Source: Mantamonas sphyraenae STR306 (Eukaryota > Protista > CRuMs). From it: 64,000 nucleotides of DNA. Shown here piece by piece: positions 33,901 to 46,786 of this stretch (positions are counted from its first letter, which is position 1; every line of letters begins with the position of its first letter). The position numbers were made by a program, and so were the translations under genes. Location: NCBI GenBank assembly GCA_026936335.1, contig JAPMXV010000060.1, positions 248,001 through 312,000 of the forward strand, read 5' to 3'. The notes under the pieces were generated by a model. That model ran no database searches. It was not told the DNA's origin and saw only the letters and a program-made list of their open reading frames with translations.

Positions 33901-36900
33901 TGATGAAATCCAGCACATTCCAGGGATCGTGCAGGTAGGTCTCCTTGCCGTCGACAAATCCAAACACAATCACCTTGAGCAGCATTTCCAGCGTAAACAC
34001 ACCCACAAACACAAGGTCGGTGTAGTACAGCGCCTGGCCAAGGTCGCTTTGCGGATCCAGGCCCGGCTCTTCCACCGCAAGCTGTACGCTGGAGAGAAAG
34101 ATCAGCGCCAAAATGATGTTGTCAAAATGCTTCCACGAGATGATGCGCGCACACCATGTGCGCAACGTGCTGTCTGTGGTCAGGAACAGCAGCGAGTCAC
34201 CCTTGAGCTCCATTGTCCTGTTGCGCGACTGCACGAGAATGGACTCCTGCCGATGCAACCTCTTGCGACGGCCAAAGAACGATGACGTGCGCTCCGTGAA
34301 CGACGTGGTCGTCTCTTCCTGGCTCTCGCTGTTGTGGTTGGCCAAGCTGTAGTCTTTGTCCAGTTGGCCCATCTCCAGATCGTCGTCGTGCGAGCTGACC
34401 ACACTTTCCGTCTCCACTCGATCGCCGATGCCAGCCAGCTCGGCAAACGATACGCTCTTGCCGTGTGACGCCAGCATATCTCGACTATGGTCTGATGCGC
34501 CGCGGAAAATCGAGGGCGTCGAAGCTGCCTGGGACAGAGGCGAACGCGAACGGTTGTTTGCCGTGGAGGACGACGCAGTCGACATCGACGCAAGAGCCAT
34601 CTCCTGCGACATGCTATGGTTGCGAACAGGCGTCTTGCCAGGTCCTTCCTCCTGTCCTCCACCGGGGCCATCGGCACTTGGCGCTTCTGCAACCTCGTCG
34701 CCCTCTGGGTCGCTCACCGGCCTGTGAGCCATCGAGCTCGCAGAGTCTGTGCGGTTGGACATGAGCCCACTGGGCTGGTTGACCTCACCCATACCACCAG
34801 AAATGGACCCGACAGCGCCCTTGACGGCGCTGCGCAGACTGGACGAGAAGCCCAGATTGCCGAGGGGTGACGACGGCAAGTCTTCGTCCGCATACACGAT
34901 GCTGGCTTGGCGCACCTTGAGACGGAGGGATTCGTTGACTGCCTTGCTGCTTGCGTTGCCTTTGTCGTTGGCCAGGCGTCGCGTGGCCATGCCGATGAGG
35001 GAGGAAGGCGCCGGCTGCGTCGTGGCCACGCCGTTGCTCTGCCTGCGACGCTGCTGATCCACCGTCTCCTCTTCGGACAGATCGATGCCTTCCATTTCGC
35101 GCGCAATGTTGGCCAGCTTGTTCTGGTTGCTGATGGCGTTGCGGAGGACAGACTGGGTCTTGTTCATGCGCTCCTTCAGTTTGGCAGCTCGCTTGCGTGC
35201 CGCCTCGGCCTTGGCTTGCGTGGTGAACGCCGACAGAAGCACGGCAACAAACACGTTGATAAGCACATAGTTGCCCAACATGATGAGGAGGACAAAGTAG
35301 ACGCTTGCACTGGCGTCGGTGGCACGCATGGCTGTGTACATGACATCGTTCCAGTTTTCGGTCGACAGGACCTGGAACACGGTGACCACGGCCCACCAAA
35401 GCGTGTCAAAGTTGGACCGGCTGCGTGTGCCATCCTCCTCGTACATGAGTCCGCCAAACTGCTGCATGCCCAACAGGGCAAAGATAAAAATAAACAGAAA
35501 GAGCAGCAGCGAAAAGTAGCCCAGCGAGTCGATGGAGGTGTACATGGCGCCCAGTAGCTTCTTGAACGAGCTCCACGAGCGCACAAGCTTGAACACGCGC
35601 AGCAGGCGGAATGTGCGAAACACGGTCAGGGCGCCTGTGTCTGCGGGTGCACCGCTGCCAGTGTTTGTCGTCGACGCGACAATGATGAGTTCGAGGATAC
35701 TGAGGATGACAATGACGCCGTCAAAGGCGTTCATGCGGTCACTCCAGTAGTTGATCACGCCCAGGCCGACAAACTTGAGCAGCATTTCCGTGGCAAAGAG
35801 GATGGTAAAGACGAGGTTGACGTCTTCGAGCGCCTCTGCGAGCTCACGGCTCATGCCGTGCGATTCCATGGCCAGGCTGATGGTGTTGAGCACAATGGCC
35901 AGAAAGATGGAGTATTGGAAGGGCTTGCTCTGCACGATGCGCTGCACTTGGAAGCGAACCTTGGAAAGCAAGGTGTCGTCACCATGCAGGTTCTCCGTCT
36001 CCTCGTCTTCATCGGCATCTTCGAGCACCAACAGCACGGGTGAATCTTCGTCGTATTCGCGAAACTTGATGGTGATGACGGCCAGGGTGAGGTTGATGAT
36101 GAAAAACGAACCCCAGAGCACGAGAAAGACAAAGTAGATGGCCGAGAGGTCGTTGGTGGCGTCCATGATGTAGTCCATGATTTCGCTCCAACCCTCGAGG
36201 GTAATGCACTGGAAAATGGTGAGAAAGGCGGCGCCGATGTTGTCGAAGCTGGTGAAGCCAAAGTTTGGGTTTTGGTAGTCCTTGCACGTCTGGCCTGCTG
36301 GACACTGGCGGCCCTGCGACGGGGTCTTGGAACACAAGCGTGTGTCGTCCTCGACAAGGGTATCACCTGCGTAGCAGCGGCCTTGCATGACGCCGTTCCA
36401 AAACTGGACGCCGATGAGGCCGAAAATGAAAAAGATGAAGAAGAGGACGATGACGACGTCGAGCAGCAAGGGGAGCGACTGAAGAAGAGTATTGACAATG
36501 CGCTTGAGGCCGGGGATGCGCTTAATGGTACGCAGAGGCCTGAGGACGCGAAGGGAGCGAATGCCGCTGATGTTGCTGCTGTTGGCCAGGCCCGGGAGCA
36601 AGGGCAGATAGCCCAGGACGACAATGGTAAAGTCTAACCTGTTCCACCAATTGCGGAGGTAGCTCTGCGGGTGTTGCGCAAAGCCCATGGCAATGATTTT
36701 GACGATCATTTCAAAGGTGAAGATTCCTTGAAAGATCCATTCTGCTGTGGCGAGGATAAGGTTGAGCTGCGAGTTTGGATCCTTGTCCAGCGGGTTGTCC
36801 ATGGCGATGAAGACGCAGTTGACGAGAATGGTTAGGAGAATGAAGCGCTCAAACAGCTGGTGCTCCACGAGGTTGACAAAGAATCTGCGAAACGGGTTGT

Positions 36901-38150
36901 CGAGCTAGTGTGGTTCGTGTCCAGGTGGTGTCAGCCACATCGTCGTACTGTGTCATTGTGCGTGTATGTGTGTGTATGTGTGTGTGTGTGTGTGCTGTGT
37001 GGACGGCGAGTGTGCCGGACGTACCGTTAAGCAGAAGAGCGCAGTCGGAGCGAACTTGGCTTCAACGGGCGCATTCTGGGCAGCCAGAGCACGGGCCTGT
37101 GGGCGAGACAGTGCAGCAGTGCACGAGAAAGGGGGTGAGTGTGTGCATGGGATGGTGGGAACGTGGGCGTACAGCGAGTTGAGCAAGCACGTTGCAGACA
37201 CAGGCACGGAGACGGCAACGGGCGGCTGAGAGCGCTGCGTGAAAACGGCAGCCCACCGACCAGAGGCCTTGGTTCAAGGACGCGTGCGGTGGGTCGCGAC
37301 ACGGATGCAAGGGGAGGGAACAAAGGGTGAGATTGGGCAGAACAACTAACCTCGTCCTTGTGGAGGAAGCGCATGGTGAATTTTCGGGCGCGGATTGTTT
37401 CGAAGATGCCTGAGGAGCTGCTTCGCTTGCCCCGCTGCGTCGGAGGCGTGTCATCGGCCTCCACATCTTCCGTTTCCGCGACGGATTCGTTCTGCACGCG
37501 TGAATGGGTAGAGGCAAGGCAAGGGTGAGGTGGGACGGGAAGTAGATGCGAAACAAGCGTTGCACAGCGGGATGTTTGCCGCAGATGCCAGGATGGAGTG
37601 TCAGCAAGGCGCGGCGCAATCTTTCCACGAGCACCAAGAGGCATGGCCAGCGAGAGTGGGACACGAAAAACACACGGCGCGGGAGACACGCGGTGCGATG
37701 TGACTTGGGACGGGGCAAGGGTGTATGGAAACGCCGGGCATGGGTGGGAGAGCTCGGTGGCAAAGTGTGTGGGAGTTGGGCAACGGACCGTTTTGGAAGG
37801 CGCAGAGCCAACGGGAGCAAGGACGGGTAAGGAGGGCAGCACACGCGGCAGGTCGTGTTCTGGACTCGATGCAGGTGATCTGCTTTCGCTGCGCTCGCTG
37901 TTGTTGGCAGAGAGAGAGCCATTGCCTGGAGAGTGTACAGGCGGCGGAGTGCGAGTGGGACGCGGGGGAATTTGCCCGAGCGGCTGGGCAAGGGCGCCCT
38001 CGCCAATGTGGTTGGCCCCTGATGCTTCGTTGTTGGCAGGACTGCTTGTGCGACTGCTTGCTCGTCTGTTTGCAGCAGGGCTTTGTGGCGGTCTGATGGA
38101 TAGCAGGGTGTCCGTGGGCACCCTGCTATCGTCGTCGTCCGTGTCTCTAG
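30959..38150 (-). CDS. Four-domain voltage-gated cation channel alpha subunit (Cav/Nav superfamily), EEEE filter
   Basis: Four 6-TM repeats with Arg-rich S4 segments; pore loops TLEGW, STENW, TLEGW, TGENW. Upstream exons 37025-37096 (TALFCLT|LDNPFRRF), 37351-37491 and 37789-~38148. The true start is unresolved but probably lies within 38150-38370. Confidence 0.93.
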
Positions 38151-38319
38151 CAGGCAACACCTTGACAAATGAATGTGTTGTTGGCGGGTGTTGCTTGCAA
38201 GGCTATACAGGTGAGGAAATGAGACCGGGCAGATGGGGGCTGGGGCCACGGTGCGCTTTGGACGAACTGGTTGGGATTTGTTGGCTGGCGAGGTGTTGCC
38301 TGGCCACGGCGTGCCACAC

Positions 38320-38348
38320 ATCTCTCTCTCTCTCTCTCTCTCTCTCTT
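38320..38348. repeat. (CT)n microsatellite
   Basis: Perfect TC dinucleotide run between the channel 5' region and the RAB3GAP2 stop. Confidence 0.9.
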
Positions 38349-38372
38349 CATGTCGCTCGGACACCCGGAAAA

Positions 38373-41300
38373 TCACCAGCCACTGCGTTCTGCTGCGCCG
38401 TGGAGAGACTCGGTGAGCGCGAGGAGCTCTTTGACCAAGAGAAATTGCTCGCTGTCGAGGTGTTCTCCGTCGCTGCCCAGGTTACTCATGGCGTCGCTGT
38501 TGTAGCTGCTGCTACTGCTGCTATTGATGCTTGACTGCAGCTTGTTGCGCTTGTCCAGGCGATTAAGCACGAAAATGAGAAGCTCGCGGATGGCCAGTAG
38601 CCTGTTTGCAGCAGAAATGTCCTTCTGGGCAGCAGCCTGCTTCTCTGCCTGCTCTTTGTCGCGCCTGCTCTGCGCCGCCGCCTCTTGCTGCCATCCATGG
38701 ATCCAGGATAGATGCTTGGCACTCACCAGGCTCTTGAGGACCGACTTGGCCGGCGAGGACTCGAGCTGCGAGACGAGCGTGTACAAACGTGCGCGGATGA
38801 CTGTCAACAGAGGTGTGGCCACGGAGGCGTGTTCGGGCAGGTATGGAAGGCGCTCTTGCGCCAGTTGGTCCTGTCCCGTTTGGTACAGCTGCACAATATG
38901 GTCGGACACGACGTCTTCCTCGCTGATGTTCAGTTCCTTGGCCACCTTGACCCCCATGCGCCAGTCCACAAACATCACGCGCCGGATAAACTCCATTTGC
39001 TCGCTGACGCCGCCTACCAGTTCAAAGTCGTCGTCGTCGTCATCGTCGTTTGCGGCTTTGGCCGATCCTCCGTCGTCGTTGCCTGTTCCCTCGCCGGCAT
39101 TCGTGCTCGACGCCTCATCTGCGGGTTCGTCAAGCCAAGCTTGGTAGGTGTCGATGTCCACGCAAATGTCTCGCGAAATCTCTTGGGCGTCGTAAAACGG
39201 GAACAGTTCGTCGACACGCACATGGCGCATTTCGAGGAGAACCATGGTGCGGACGACGGTGAGCATGGTGCGCAGGTCACCCAGCGCACGCAAGCGATCT
39301 GGGATCCAACCGTCGGCCGCTTGCAAACACATCTGGGTGAGCAGCGTGTCGTTTGCATACTTCCAAGTGCGTTCTCGCCACGATTGCCCCTGTACAGTGC
39401 GGTGCAGGCCTTGCACAATCGTGCACAGGTCACGCGCAAACTCCAAGAGCAACTCGGCCTCGCGTTTGTCCAGAGACACGTGCTTGATAAGCGACCGCTC
39501 GCTTGGGCTCTTTCCCGCGCGGTTGATGAGCGCCACCACAGCCTGGAACTTGGGCAGGGCATCATTCATCAACGTCACAAAGGTGATGCCAGCCTTGGCG
39601 ATGTGTGCTTCGATTTTCATCACCTCGCGGTGATACACGCGTGTCCACTCTTCGATGCTGAGATCGCCCTGTGAAAACAGCTGCCCTGCCCTGTAAATGC
39701 GATGAGCGGCCACAACCTCGCGCGTGCACAGACCACTCAGATCCTTGTGTGCCATGACCTCATTCACAACCTCGTCCTCGACTCCCTTGTTCAGCAGTGG
39801 TGCTTCCGCAAAGATCCACGCCAGCGCGTTCCTATCCGTCAGGGACTCCAAGGAGATGCGGCGATGAGTCTGGTCGTCGCCAAGTTGTTGCAATCGACGT
39901 ACGAGCTGCAGTTGCTGCTGCAACAGCAGCCATTTGTCCACGTTGACGTCCAAGTCGTCTCGCAAGATCACAACTGCCGCGTCGACGAGATGAAGCACCT
40001 CCCGAGTGTGCCCCGCCTCCAAATCTGTGCACACGGCGTACATGGTGTCGTCCATGTGTTTCTTCTCCTCGCCACTGTTCACGTGTTTCGCCAGCAGGCG
40101 GAGAGTGTGTGCCACTGCCTCGCCACCCAGCTCCAACCCTCTGCCGTTGGTCAGCCACATGCCAAACAGCGTCACCACATCGACAATCGACATGGCAAGC
40201 TTATCCATGAAAAGACTGGCGACGATGCCGGCACCCTGCTGGCCCAATACATGCAGCTGGAAGACCATGGGCGGACGTGCCTTTTCGGCTGCCGCGTCAT
40301 CTGCACCGGCCAGGGCAATGTGTGCCGTGCGTTCTTGGTCGTACTCAAAGTCACGCAGAAAGGTCAGTACATCGTTTCCTGCCGCCTCGTCGTCCATCGA
40401 GGCAGGTTCGGGGTCGCCAACCTCTGCCCAGTGATCGTGCAGCAACGACTGCACCGTCACAAAAGCCTCCAGAAGCCTTCTCCTGCAATCCAGGTACGAT
40501 AAAACGTGCTCTGGCGACGACACGTGCTTCCACACAAACACGGCGTGGTGCTCGGTGGCAAACGCGTCGTCGGGCACCCACGGCTCAGCGTGTTCCTCGT
40601 CGCTGTCCTTATCCTCACTCTCGTTCTCCTCAACGTTGTCCACCTTGTCCTTGTCCTTTTCCTTTTCCTCGTCCTCCTCTTCCGCGCTGGCCGTGCCCTC
40701 CAAGGAACGTATGTGTGCGTCGAGGCGTTCAAGCACGAGCTGATTGATGTCCGAGAGCAGGGTGACATCGTGTGAGAACGAGCGTGTTGCATGCCACAGA
40801 ACGGCCAGCCAGTGCTCTGGTGACTCCAATTGTCCTAGACCACGTGTGTACACATGCAACAGACGCTCGGCTGCGTGTTCTGGGCCTGCCTCGGCAACAA
40901 ACGTCTCCACAAAGTTGACCATTTCTGCAGCTGAGGTCACGGTGACCGTGTCTTCCAGTGCAGGCTCCTCCGTCTCCACCTCGTCGACGCACTCTTGAAA
41001 CTGCTCGTCGTCGTCGTCGTCGTCGTTGCCGCTGCTCTGGATGTCGGCCAGGGTGACTCGGCGCACGATTCCCGACCGATCTGCGAGCAGCACCTGCCGC
41101 AAATAGGCAGCATGTTGGTGATACAACTTGGCACTGCCTCCCAACGGTGCCTCTGTGTCCAGCATGACCAGGTCTGAGCCCACATTTGCTGCGCCAAGCC
41201 GATTCCCATACGGCAGATCCCATGCCTCGAGCAAGCCCCGTCGAGGTGCGTACAACATCAACACCACCCTCTCCAACTCCATGTACTCCACAGGCGGGTC

Positions 41301-42750
41301 TCCAAACAATTCGTCGTCGTCCAGCTCCACCCAACCGTCGTTTTCGTCGCCCGGCTCAGCCTCAACCGCTGCACGATCCGATGAGGCGGCTGTGTCTGTC
41401 TGCTCCGCACCACCGGCGCTTTGGGTGCGAGACTGACACACAAACGCAACCTGGGCGTCGCGATAGCCTTTCCACATGCGCATGACCATAAAGTCAACAA
41501 GGTTGATCAGCATGACGCGCCCGTATCCATCCATGCTCAAGGCATACCTGCCGCTGGGATCCATGTGCAATCGTTGGATCTTGCGCTGTCCGTCATACAT
41601 CTCCATGTCCAGAGGCAGAGCACTTGCCTTTTCCAGCGCTGAAGGCTCGACGGCCTCGGCCTCCTCTTCTTCGCCTGTCCACCAGCTCTTTGCAAACGAG
41701 TACATGGCCGTGGTGAGCTTGCTTGCGACATCTGTGGCAATTGCTACAGCTGCGCTGAGGGTTGTTTCCTCCTGTGCTGCTGTGTACATGGCTAGGGTTG
41801 GCTCGACGCCGGCTGCAAGGAAGCGATATGCCACAGCCTCCCTGCTCACGCCGGACGCCGTGGACACCATCCGAGACAGGTACAAACAGTCCTGAATGCC
41901 CTGTTCGCTACCAAAGCGCAGCTTCTTGTACGTCAAATGCACCTCCTGCTCGTCTGCCAGCGCTGTTTCGTCGCCGACCGAGTTGAAGCACGACGCCAGG
42001 GCCGTCAGCAACACCTCTGCGTCCACCTTTATGACCACGTCGTCAGCATGCATCATCACCAGCGCCTCTACGTTGTCACACACCACGCAACTGTGTCGGC
42101 GGCGCCGTGGAGAGGGTGTGAGCCGCGAGTGCTGTGTGTTTGCTTCCCCTGCCGACCTCTCACCACGTACTCTTGCTCCAACACTGTACGCAATCGGAAT
42201 CGGGTGATGGGTTCTGTGTGAAGCCGCTGGCTGAGCAGCAGTTGTGATTGCTATACCGTGTGGGAGTGTGTGGTGTGGAATGGGCAGACGGGTGAGCGTT
42301 TCTGGCACGGTGCTCCTGGGCCGAGACGGAATAGACACTCACCAATGTGTACACACGCATGCGTCCTGTGCGGTATCCTAGAAGCACGCACAGATGAGCC
42401 TGTCCACCCGTGCCTGTATCAACCGTGAGTAGCTTCAGTGCAGAAATGCCTTCGGTCGCTGCCACGTCCTCCATCAGAAACAGCGTCGACGGCTGCGCCA
42501 AAGTCTCCTCTGCGCTGGTGTCGCCCTCATGACTGTCCTCGGACACTTCCGTATCTCTGGGAGGCTCCAGCATACAAATATACACCTCGCTTTGCGGTGT
42601 AGCAAAGCAAACGTAGCGACCCGAGGCATCCACACTGAGCAGGTCCACGCCACGGTACGCCTGGTCGCCATCGTCATCCTTCCACGCGACGTTTGCCAAC
42701 AAGTCGTCTCGCACCCATGCGCAGGGTTCCAAGTGGAACTTGGCCTGCAT
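38373..42750 (-). CDS. RAB3GAP2: Rab3 GTPase-activating protein non-catalytic subunit
   Basis: VLLGYRTGRMRVYT, LLLSQRLHTEPITRFRLRT, DGYGRVMLI...RMWKGYRDAQVAF and LYAPRRGLLEAW. Exons 42750-42343, 42250-42171 and 42090-38373. Confidence 0.9.
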
Positions 42751-42832
42751 GCCAGTGCTGTGGTTTGGAAGACGGATTGGATGGCGAAGCGCGCCTTGCT
42801 GATTTGTACATTGGCCTCCTCGCTTGACACAC

Positions 42833-45800
42833 TCACTTGCTCGGCACTGTGTGCGCGAGCTTGGAATCAAACACATAGGCTGGCAGATAGCCCTCGACGA
42901 CCTTGCGGGAGAAGCCACTGTGGCGCACGAAATCGTCGAGGTAGATGAGCACGTTCAGGGTGCTCTCTGGGTACTCGCTCGGCTTCTGATCCTTCTGGAA
43001 GGCCGAGTTGATGGTTCCACGCACATACTGGCCCAGCATGGCCAGGTACTCTTGTGTGAGCGAAGAGTGGAACTGCTTGAGGACAGTGATGATGCCGACG
43101 GCAAAGGCCGCGCCGTCCAACACGCTCTTCTTGGCGGAGCACACCAGCGTGCCCAGCACCTCGTCGTATGCAAAGTTGCCCATCTGCGAAATTGTCAGCA
43201 GAGTCACAAAAGTTTGGATCTCTTCCAGAGGCTCGGTGGTGATGTAAATCTTGTTGAAGGGCGTGTTGATGCCACTGCTTTCCAGGTGCTTCGTCAACTC
43301 CTCCAGCAGCTCGTTGTCCTTGTCCGGGTAGGGCTTCTCCTCTGGGTTGCGGTAGTGCTCCTGGATGTCCGCCAGCAGCGACTTGTTCAAGGTTTCGAGA
43401 GCAGCGGCCAGGCCGTTGCTGTCCAGCTTGCAGGAGAAGTTGAGCTCGGTGCTGAGGGCCCTGCGGATCAACTGCACCTGTCCGATGTTCATCAGGATTT
43501 CCACAAACACGGGCCAAAGCTTCTTGGTCTTGGACAGGGCGTTGTTGTACGCTTTGAGGGCGTTTGTGGGCACGTTGCTCAGCGGCTGCAACTCCTCGCT
43601 AAACTCGGCCAGAAAGGCGGCGTCCCTCTTTGTGACCGAGCGTTGGTACAGGCGAACGAAATCCTGCAGCTCCTTGACAATGATGAAGGAAAAGAAGCGG
43701 TCGAGACCCGTGAGCCCGAATGTGCCGACGCTTTGGTGCAAGAGGGAGAAGGAACGGATGCCCACGACCTCGTTGCCGCTCTTATCCAGCCAGGCGCTCA
43801 TCTGGTCGCAGTACACAGTGTAGCGGGAGTCGGTGAGGCGGAGGAGCTCGCGCGCAAGGCGGCCGATAAAGTTGACCGAGTCGTCGATGGGAGCAAACAC
43901 GGGGATGGGGATGGCTTCGTCTTGGTAGGACGACTGCCAGTCCCAGATCTTTTGCTTGAGGAAGCTGTTGCACTCCTGCTCGATGTTGTAGTTGATGATG
44001 CGAGAAAACTCTTCCTGCCAGATGCGGAGGCCGTAGATGTTGACGTAGTCTGAAATGTACTCAAAGGAGCGTCGGTAGCCGTCGAGTTGCTCGCTGAGGA
44101 GGGCCAGCCTGTGTTCAAACTCCTCTGCACCTCCCTTGGCGCCCTTGAAGACGAGAATGTCGTCGAGGGCACGTGCAATCTGGCTGACGAGCTCCTTGCG
44201 GATGCCGTCCTCGAGCAACTGTTTTGGGTCAACCTTGATGATGCCCACGAGCGTAGTCTCCATGGCCAGGATGCCCTCGGTGAAGACCGAGATGCGGTGT
44301 GTGGCCTTGGCAAGGGCGTAGCGTGCGTCGAGCTGTGCATACTCACGCACGTGTGCCTTTTCCAGACGTGTTGGCAGCTGTTGCAGCACGTTGGTCTGCA
44401 GGTGGATGATTTCGTTCATGATGTCAAACATGGAACGCGGGATGATTTCGAGGACCTTGCGCACGTAGACGACGAGCTCGTTGCTGTAGTACTCGGCCAC
44501 CGAGTCAACGTCTGGGCTTTTGGCCTGTGCAATGCGGATGAGCGGGATCTCCAGGATGCTGGCGAGTTTAAGAAAGGTGGCGCGCAGCTTGATGACGGTG
44601 CCCGGATCGGCCTTGATGCGAGCTTGCATGAGGTCGACGTAGTCGTTGATGATCTGCCAGGCGTAGGAAAGGTCGGCGACGAGAGAGATGGTGACGAGCA
44701 CCTCCTCGCGAATGTTGACGGTGCGGATCATCTGGTAGAGGGCCGAACGGGTGCTCTCGAGATAGTGCTTGACCAGGTCGTTGCTGACTTGCTGGTACTG
44801 CTCCACCTCCTCCAGTGCGGAAATGAGTTTCTGCATCTTGCGGCCGGCGAGGGTGCTGTCGTTGAAATCGAGCGACTGGATGTTGTCGGCCATGTCCTTG
44901 AACCAGTTCATGAACTGCTCGTCCTTCTCCACGTCCTTGGTAAGGGCCTTTGTGCCGGAGAAGTACTCGGAGAGTTCGAGCATGCGTGAGGAGCCGTCTT
45001 CCTTGGCGTCGTCCCAACGCTCCTGCTTGGTGGCGAGCAGATCCTTGAACATGTTCTTGAGGATAAACTCAAACTGGGCGGTGTCGAGGAGGAGGACAAG
45101 CAGCTGGTCTGGGTCGAGGTCGGCAATGACAGCCTCGCGCAGCTTCTTGTTCTGGGTGGTTGCGTGGAGCATGAGCCAGCGCAGGGAGACGTTGCACTTG
45201 CGCAAGCAGTTGAGCAGCGGGTTGACGTTGTCCAACACATAGTCCTCAACAAGGACACCCTCGGTTAGGTAGCGATCGAGGAGCTCCTGGGCGGCGTACA
45301 TGTTGCTGAGATGCTTTGCTTGCAGTTCGCGCACGGTGCCGAGGTTGATGGTGTTCTTCAGGGCCAGCTTGGCAGCCTTGTAGCCAGCCCAGGCGACAGA
45401 TAGGTCGACAGTGAAGCCCATGTAGAAGGAGATGACCCAGTTGTCCTGGAAGTGCTTGTCGACGAGTTCGCGCATGGTGGCCTGCTCTTTCTTGAGCACG
45501 TCGGGCACAAAGTAGAGGATCATGTAGACCATGCAGGCCTGTGTGGCGAGGGCTGTGGAGCGATGGGACGGAGACGGGTAGGAGGACATCTGGTTGTAGA
45601 TGTCGTCTGAACGGAGGCGGCCGAGGATCATCTCGACGGTCTCTGTGGGCACTTCGAAGCGTGCAAAGAAGCTCTCCGGGTAGTTCTTGGGCTTGGCCTT
45701 GCCCGGCTCGAAGCCCGTGGAGCGGCAGAGCTGGCAGACTTCGTCCATGTTGTTGATGCCCTGCTGGCCCTTGTAGCGGTAGTAGGAGATGAGGAGGCGT

Positions 45801-46630
45801 TCGCGCACCTCGCCTGGGATGCGCAGATCGAGGAGAGTGAGCATGACTCCAAACAAGTAGAGAGCCTCGGCCATGAGCTGCTTGCCATCGGTGTCAAAGA
45901 GGATGGACTCGAGGGACTGCTGGATGTACACGCCTTCTTCGAGATCCTGCAAGTAGCGCGTAAACTCTTTGATGTACTTGTAGATGGACTCGAACATGAC
46001 AAAGAAGCGCTCGAGGATCTCGATGTGGTTGTCGCGGAACTGCTCGTCGAGGTCAAGGAGTTCCTGCGAGGGCGAAAGGACGAGGCGGGCGGGGTCAGCG
46101 GCGGGAGGGCTTTTTGAAATGGGCGAGGCTGGGGTGGAGAGCAACGCACTGCGCTGGACTCGATCTGGTGCTCGTAGTACTCCTGCTGCTTGAGGTACTT
46201 GAAATCAAAGAGGATGGAGCCGTAGCGGGCAATGTCGCTCTTGTGGCTGAGGTAGAACACACGGGGCACGTGGTCGCTGAGGCGAAGAAGTTCGGCTGTG
46301 AGGAGAGGCGTGGTTGTCGCAAGCCAGGGGAGCACAGAGGATGGGCCAGCAAAGGTGGGGATTCAGGGTGAGTGTGTGGAGGTTGAAGCGAGGCGCATGT
46401 GTGGAGAATGGACGTGTGACGTTGCGTGTGACGAGCAGGAGGGCAGGACGGGACATGAGCGTGGAAAAGCGACGGTGGGTGGGGAACTCCGAGACGGCGT
46501 GGACAACAAGACACGGGGACAGACGCGGGGCACGCAACATACCAATGATGGCGTTGCCTCGACTGACAAGCCAGAGGGCAGCCTGGCCTGCAGCGTTGTC
46601 CTCGTTGAGAAAGTCGTCGAGAGAGGACAT
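42833..46630 (-). CDS. WASHC5: WASH complex subunit 5 (strumpellin)
   Basis: [52 protein letters not shown] and YGLRIWQEEFSRIINYNIEQECNSFL. Introns at 46542-46296 and 46149-46064. Confidence 0.97.
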
Positions 46631-46786
46631 GCGCGGGTGGGGGAAGTGAAGTTGAGCTGGGGAGAGGCGGGCGGGATGGGCTGGGCGCCCTAGGTGCATT
46701 GCATGCGGGTGGATTCTCTCCACTGGACCAACGGGGAGTGTGGTCGAGAGGGATATGCACACTGAGTGGGTCGGGAGCGAGGTGGC

